This document shows positions 60,231-64,000 of a stretch of 64,000 nt of DNA, piece by piece (within the stretch, counting starts at the first letter, position 1; the number at the start of each line of letters is the position of its first letter). The notes beneath the pieces were generated by a model. That model searched no databases and was not told the DNA's origin. It saw only the letters and a program-made list of their open reading frames with translations. Source of the stretch: an uncultured delta proteobacterium. GTDB lineage: Bacteria > Desulfobacterota > Binatia > UBA9968. The stretch is from contig CAWDPO010000017.1 in NCBI GenBank assembly GCA_963804165.1, positions 128,001 to 192,000 of the forward strand, written 5' to 3'. The position numbers and the translations under genes are program-made.

Positions 60231-61238
60231 ATGTTAGCGAAGATTGTCACAATCGGCGTCGCGTTCGGCCTGGCTTTCACGCTTTCGACGCCATTTGCTT
60301 TCGCGCAAGTTTCGCCGGAAATCATCGAAGCCGCCAAGAAAGAAGGCGAGGTGATGTTCTACGGCGCGATCACGATCAACTCGTCGAAGGCGATCGGCGA
60401 TGCGTTCGAGAAGAAATACGGCATCAAATTGCACCACTGGCGCGGCGACGCCACCGAGTTGATCAACCGTACGCTCGCCGAAGCGAGGGCGGGGAAACCG
60501 GCTTTCGACGTCACGCTCGGGAATGAAGTCGTGATGACGGCTCTCGACGAGAAAAAATTGTTCGCCGTCTTCGATCCTCCCGCGGCGAAGAGCTATCCCA
60601 AGCAATTTCGCGATCCGGATAACCGCATGACGCCGTGGCGCGTGCTGCCCTACGGCATCAATTATAATTACCAGATCGTTAAGGCCGAGGACGCGCCGAA
60701 GAATTGGGAGGAACTGCTCGCGCCGAAGTGGAAAGGCAAATTCGCCATGGCCAATCCCGGGATTCACGTGACTACGCTCCAATTTGTCTTGAACCTGGAA
60801 AAGCTCCTTGGGCCGAAGTGGCTCAAAGTCGTTGAAGGTTGGGCCAAGCAAGAGCCGCGCCTCGGCCGCAGCCTGGCCGACTCGATTCAGCCGTTAACCG
60901 CGGGCGAGGTGCCGGTGGCGATCGGCTATATCAAGGACAAGTTTCAGTACGCGGGACCCATCGAGTACGTCCGCATGAACAAGTATCTCGCGTCGCTCAG
61001 TTTCGCCGCCATCAACCGCCAGGCCCCGCACCCGAATGCCGCGCGACTATTCACCGACTTTTTTCTCGGCCCCGAGTCGCAGAAAATCTTCGGCAACTTC
61101 GGCGAGTATGTGTTTCATCCTGAAGTTGATCATAAATTCAAAAAAGACGTGAAGGACGATCAGATCGTAGTCATGAGATTGCCTGGTAACGAAGAATTGG
61201 AGACTTGGAGTAAGAAGTTCAGGGATATGTTTAGGTAA
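60231..61238 (+). CDS. ABC substrate-binding protein (AfuA/FbpA-like)
   Basis: ATG 60231 after GAGGAGG; signal peptide; AAKKEG.V.FY, PKWKG, APHPNAARLF. Confidence 0.85.
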   Translation: MLAKIVTIGVAFGLAFTLSTPFAFAQVSPEIIEAAKKEGEVMFYGAITINSSKAIGDAFEKKYGIKLHHWRGDATELINRTLAEARAGKPAFDVTLGNEVVMTALDEKKLFAVFDPPAAKSYPKQFRDPDNRMTPWRVLPYGINYNYQIVKAEDAPKNWEELLAPKWKGKFAMANPGIHVTTLQFVLNLEKLLGPKWLKVVEGWAKQEPRLGRSLADSIQPLTAGEVPVAIGYIKDKFQYAGPIEYVRMNKYLASLSFAAINRQAPHPNAARLFTDFFLGPESQKIFGNFGEYVFHPEVDHKFKKDVKDDQIVVMRLPGNEELETWSKKFRDMFR

Positions 61239-61466
61239 CGGACGAGTAATCGATCGCTGTTTCCCTGCTGGGATCTATCGGAGTAGGCCACGTGCTAACA
61301 TATGAAAATGGATTTTGGTTTTCACGGTCATCGGGATAAACGTAGCGATTTGTATAATCGATTTGCGGTTGGCCGCGGCCGCGAGACGTTTAACCGAAAC
61401 CAAGCACGATTACAATGAAGTCGGACGCTCAGCCTAAATCGCAACAAAGTGTTGCAAGGTAATTTC

Positions 61467-61495
61467 TTGACCAGTCTTCAAACCTTGTTTATGAT
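61467..61495 (+). promoter_or_regulatory. Candidate sigma70 promoter
   Basis: TTGACC-N17-TATGAT. Confidence 0.5.
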
Positions 61496-61563
61496 TACCG
61501 CCTACGTTCGATGTTTATAGGAGGACTTAGTCAAACTCATCCTATTCTGGGGCCTGGCCTTGT

Positions 61564-63258
61564 ATGCAAGTTCCGAATCCATGCTTTGCATTCGGAAAGT
61601 GTTTTGTCGCCCCGCTCTGGGCTTCATCTGTCGATATGTCTCTAGCGCTTCGATTCCTTCCCAATAGCGACTGTGATGGTCCAAATACGACCGATCGGGC
61701 AGTGCATTGGATCTTACGTATCGGTACGGCCTTGTGCTTTATTGGCCATGGCGCTTTTGGATTTATCGGCAAAGAATCGTGGATAGAATTTTTTGCCCTT
61801 GTTGGGATCGGACGCGAGTGGGGCTATCGGTTTATGCCTATAGTCGGCTCGGTAGATATCTTAACGGGTGTTTTGATTCTCCTTCGGCCTAGAAAGATTT
61901 TGCTCTGGTACATGGTCATATGGGCCTTATGGACGGCGGCACTTCGGCCACTGTCGGGGTCAGGCGTGAGTGAATTTTTGGAGCGCGCCGGAAATTATGG
62001 GATGCCGTTGGCTCTGTTGCTTATTAGCCCGGGAGGCTTGAAGAGCGGACCTTGGATTTCCGGTTTTGGCCCAATTCGCCTTCGTTCCTCCGAGATCTGG
62101 TCACTTGCTACGTTGCTCCAAGTCATGGCGGGATTACTTCTAATCGGCCACGGCTCGTATATTATTTTTGATCAAAAGCAGGAATTGACACATCATTGGT
62201 ATTCCATGGGCGTTTTTTCGTCGTTGAGCGATGCGGGCCGTTTCGCTTGGACAGCTGGAAATTTCGAAATCCTGCTCGGTGCCGTAATTCTCATCAATCC
62301 TGTTCGCACGCTGGTTCTCATTGCGCTTTTCTGGAAAGTACTTACCGAGCTGCTCTATCCGATTTCCGGTGATTATTGGTTTGAGTTCATTGAGCGCTTC
62401 GGAAGTTATTCCGCGCCACTCGCTCTCCTTCTGGTCGTGCGTTTAATGCCATCGAAGCGACTAGAAAATTTCTGGCCGATCTATTTGCTCAGAAAAATTC
62501 CGGTTGCCCTGAATACAAAAACCGAAAGGTCCTTTCTTTACGGTGCTATCATCGTACTGCTAATGACGTTTTCGGCCGGCCGAGAATTAACCTCAGGATC
62601 GACTAGACACGATGCGTCGCCAGGAATTGTGAATCCGGCTGCGGCATCGCTGATCGCCGGGGATGCGCTTGTGGCGCGCCTCCAAGCAGGAGGCTTAACG
62701 CTCTATTTTCGCCATTTTCAAACGACCCTCAACGACGCCGTTGACGATCTTCGTCAGTACGAGCACGGAAAGCTCCAGTTGGAGGACTTCAAGGATTGCA
62801 ATTGGCAACGACCTCTGGCCGCGTTCGGGGTTCAGCGCGCCGCGGCGGTGGGAGAAGCGATTCGGAGACTTAAGATTCCCATCGGAAAAGTGATTGCGAG
62901 TCCCTACTGTCGATGTGTTGACAGCGCCAACCTAGTAACGAATAAGCGACCGGTACTGGAGTTGGGCATCGTATACCGCCGAAAGGAACACACCCGCGAG
63001 CGAATGGAGACATCGGTTCATAAGCTCTTGATGGAAACGGCAGAAGGAAGTAGGAATAATTTTATCGTTGCTCATCGACCTGCTATGGATGGCATAGGAC
63101 TGATTGAGGAAGGCGAAGCGTTCGTTTTTGAGAGAACTGCGGAAGGCAGATATAGACTGATTGCCAAAATTAAGTCCCATGAGTGGGTCGAAGCCCTGGT
63201 TGACCCGAGGCTTTTGGGGCGTGAAGGTGAACAGGGCTACTATCCCCCGCATTTGTAA
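61564..63258 (+). CDS. Membrane protein with duplicated DoxX-like domain fused to a histidine-phosphatase-like domain
   Basis: Internal repeat FIGHG/LIGHG..EFLERAGNY.PLALLL/EFIERFGSY.PLALLL; C-terminal FRH.QT, RPL..G, ASPYCRC..SA, IVAH; start uncertain. Confidence 0.65.
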   Translation: MQVPNPCFAFGKCFVAPLWASSVDMSLALRFLPNSDCDGPNTTDRAVHWILRIGTALCFIGHGAFGFIGKESWIEFFALVGIGREWGYRFMPIVGSVDILTGVLILLRPRKILLWYMVIWALWTAALRPLSGSGVSEFLERAGNYGMPLALLLISPGGLKSGPWISGFGPIRLRSSEIWSLATLLQVMAGLLLIGHGSYIIFDQKQELTHHWYSMGVFSSLSDAGRFAWTAGNFEILLGAVILINPVRTLVLIALFWKVLTELLYPISGDYWFEFIERFGSYSAPLALLLVVRLMPSKRLENFWPIYLLRKIPVALNTKTERSFLYGAIIVLLMTFSAGRELTSGSTRHDASPGIVNPAAASLIAGDALVARLQAGGLTLYFRHFQTTLNDAVDDLRQYEHGKLQLEDFKDCNWQRPLAAFGVQRAAAVGEAIRRLKIPIGKVIASPYCRCVDSANLVTNKRPVLELGIVYRRKEHTRERMETSVHKLLMETAEGSRNNFIVAHRPAMDGIGLIEEGEAFVFERTAEGRYRLIAKIKSHEWVEALVDPRLLGREGEQGYYPPHL

Positions 63259-63370
63259 ACCCCAACATTAGGTCGGAATCCTCGCGCCATATTCCCGCTG
63301 AGTTATTCCGATGTTTTCTTGGTGCTCCAACAATTTTCCCATCTCCCTACCGGTTAGGATGGAGCTCTCT

Positions 63371-64000
63371 ATGCAACAGCTTGCAAAAATTGCCTTCCCC
63401 GAGGTCGCGCGACTCGGACAATCGGGGAAAGCTCTAGTGATTTTACCAGTGGGCGTAGTCGAAGAGCACGGCGCCCATTTGCCGCTTGGGTTAGATTCGT
63501 TCGCGGCGGAAATATACGCGGCGTCCGCCGCGCCGCATCTCGAGCAGAACGGTTACGAGGTTGTTGTCGCGCCGACGATCAGTTATGGCGTCGCGCGGGC
63601 GGCGATCGACTTTCCTGGGACGCTGTCACTGGAGCCGGAAACGTTACGGTCGATGATCGTCGATATCGGTACCTCACTGGCGCGGCACGGGCTGAAGAGA
63701 CTGGTTGTCTTGAACGGCCACCGCGACATGCATCACATGAAGGCCTTGGATGAAGCGCGGTCGATGCTGGAGAACGCGAAGGCTGCGCAAGTTCTTTGCG
63801 TCGGATTCGCCAGCGATCCGGAAATGACCGCGGCGTGCTATCGCGAAGGAGTTAGGAAGTTCTACAAGAGCCCACGCCCCGATCGGGAAGGTCACGGCGG
63901 CGAGTCGGAAACGTCGGTGGCGCTCTATAGTTTTCCTGAATTAGTAAAGCAAGACATCCTGAGAACCCTAGAGCCAAATTTCGACTACGACGTCGACGCT
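63371..64000 (+). CDS. Creatininase family protein (runs off the window end)
   Basis: Not in the ORF track because it has no stop; LPVG.VEEHG.HLPLG.D, YG, FPGTLSL, NGH, HGGESETS. Confidence 0.88.
   Translation, partial: MQQLAKIAFPEVARLGQSGKALVILPVGVVEEHGAHLPLGLDSFAAEIYAASAAPHLEQNGYEVVVAPTISYGVARAAIDFPGTLSLEPETLRSMIVDIGTSLARHGLKRLVVLNGHRDMHHMKALDEARSMLENAKAAQVLCVGFASDPEMTAACYREGVRKFYKSPRPDREGHGGESETSVALYSFPELVKQDILRTLEPNFDYDVDA

Overview
GC-rich bacterial chromosomal window. The gene content (many orphan solute-binding proteins, Rieske/cupin/UbiD aromatic catabolism genes, Tat-exported xanthine-oxidase-family enzymes) and the intergenic palindrome families suggest Ca. Binatia or a related deltaproteobacterial lineage; this is an inference. 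In order: ornithine-cyclodeaminase-family and 1-Cys peroxiredoxin genes; a Liv-type ABC transporter with a benzoate-CoA ligase; a LysR-divergent ~14 kb catabolic cluster containing an atypical UbiD; modABC with an HTH-PBP regulator; a DUF692/MNIO locus; a RAYT-type transposase with REP-like palindromes; two iorAB-like pairs bracketing a decayed accessory region; MFS transporters; and a partial creatininase-family gene at the end. The most notable item is the DUF692 (MNIO) gene (31762-32625). It sits between a TIGR04222-type membrane protein and a small 82-aa protein. The membrane protein's Cys/Gly/Ser-rich, RiPP-like C-terminal tail (..SDTSGCGSACGSSGGSSCGGGGGCGGCGGS*) is missing from the ORF track because of a +1 frameshift. 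Several genes carry similar single +1 indels, which points to sequencing or assembly errors. No rRNA, tRNA or CRISPR array was recognised.
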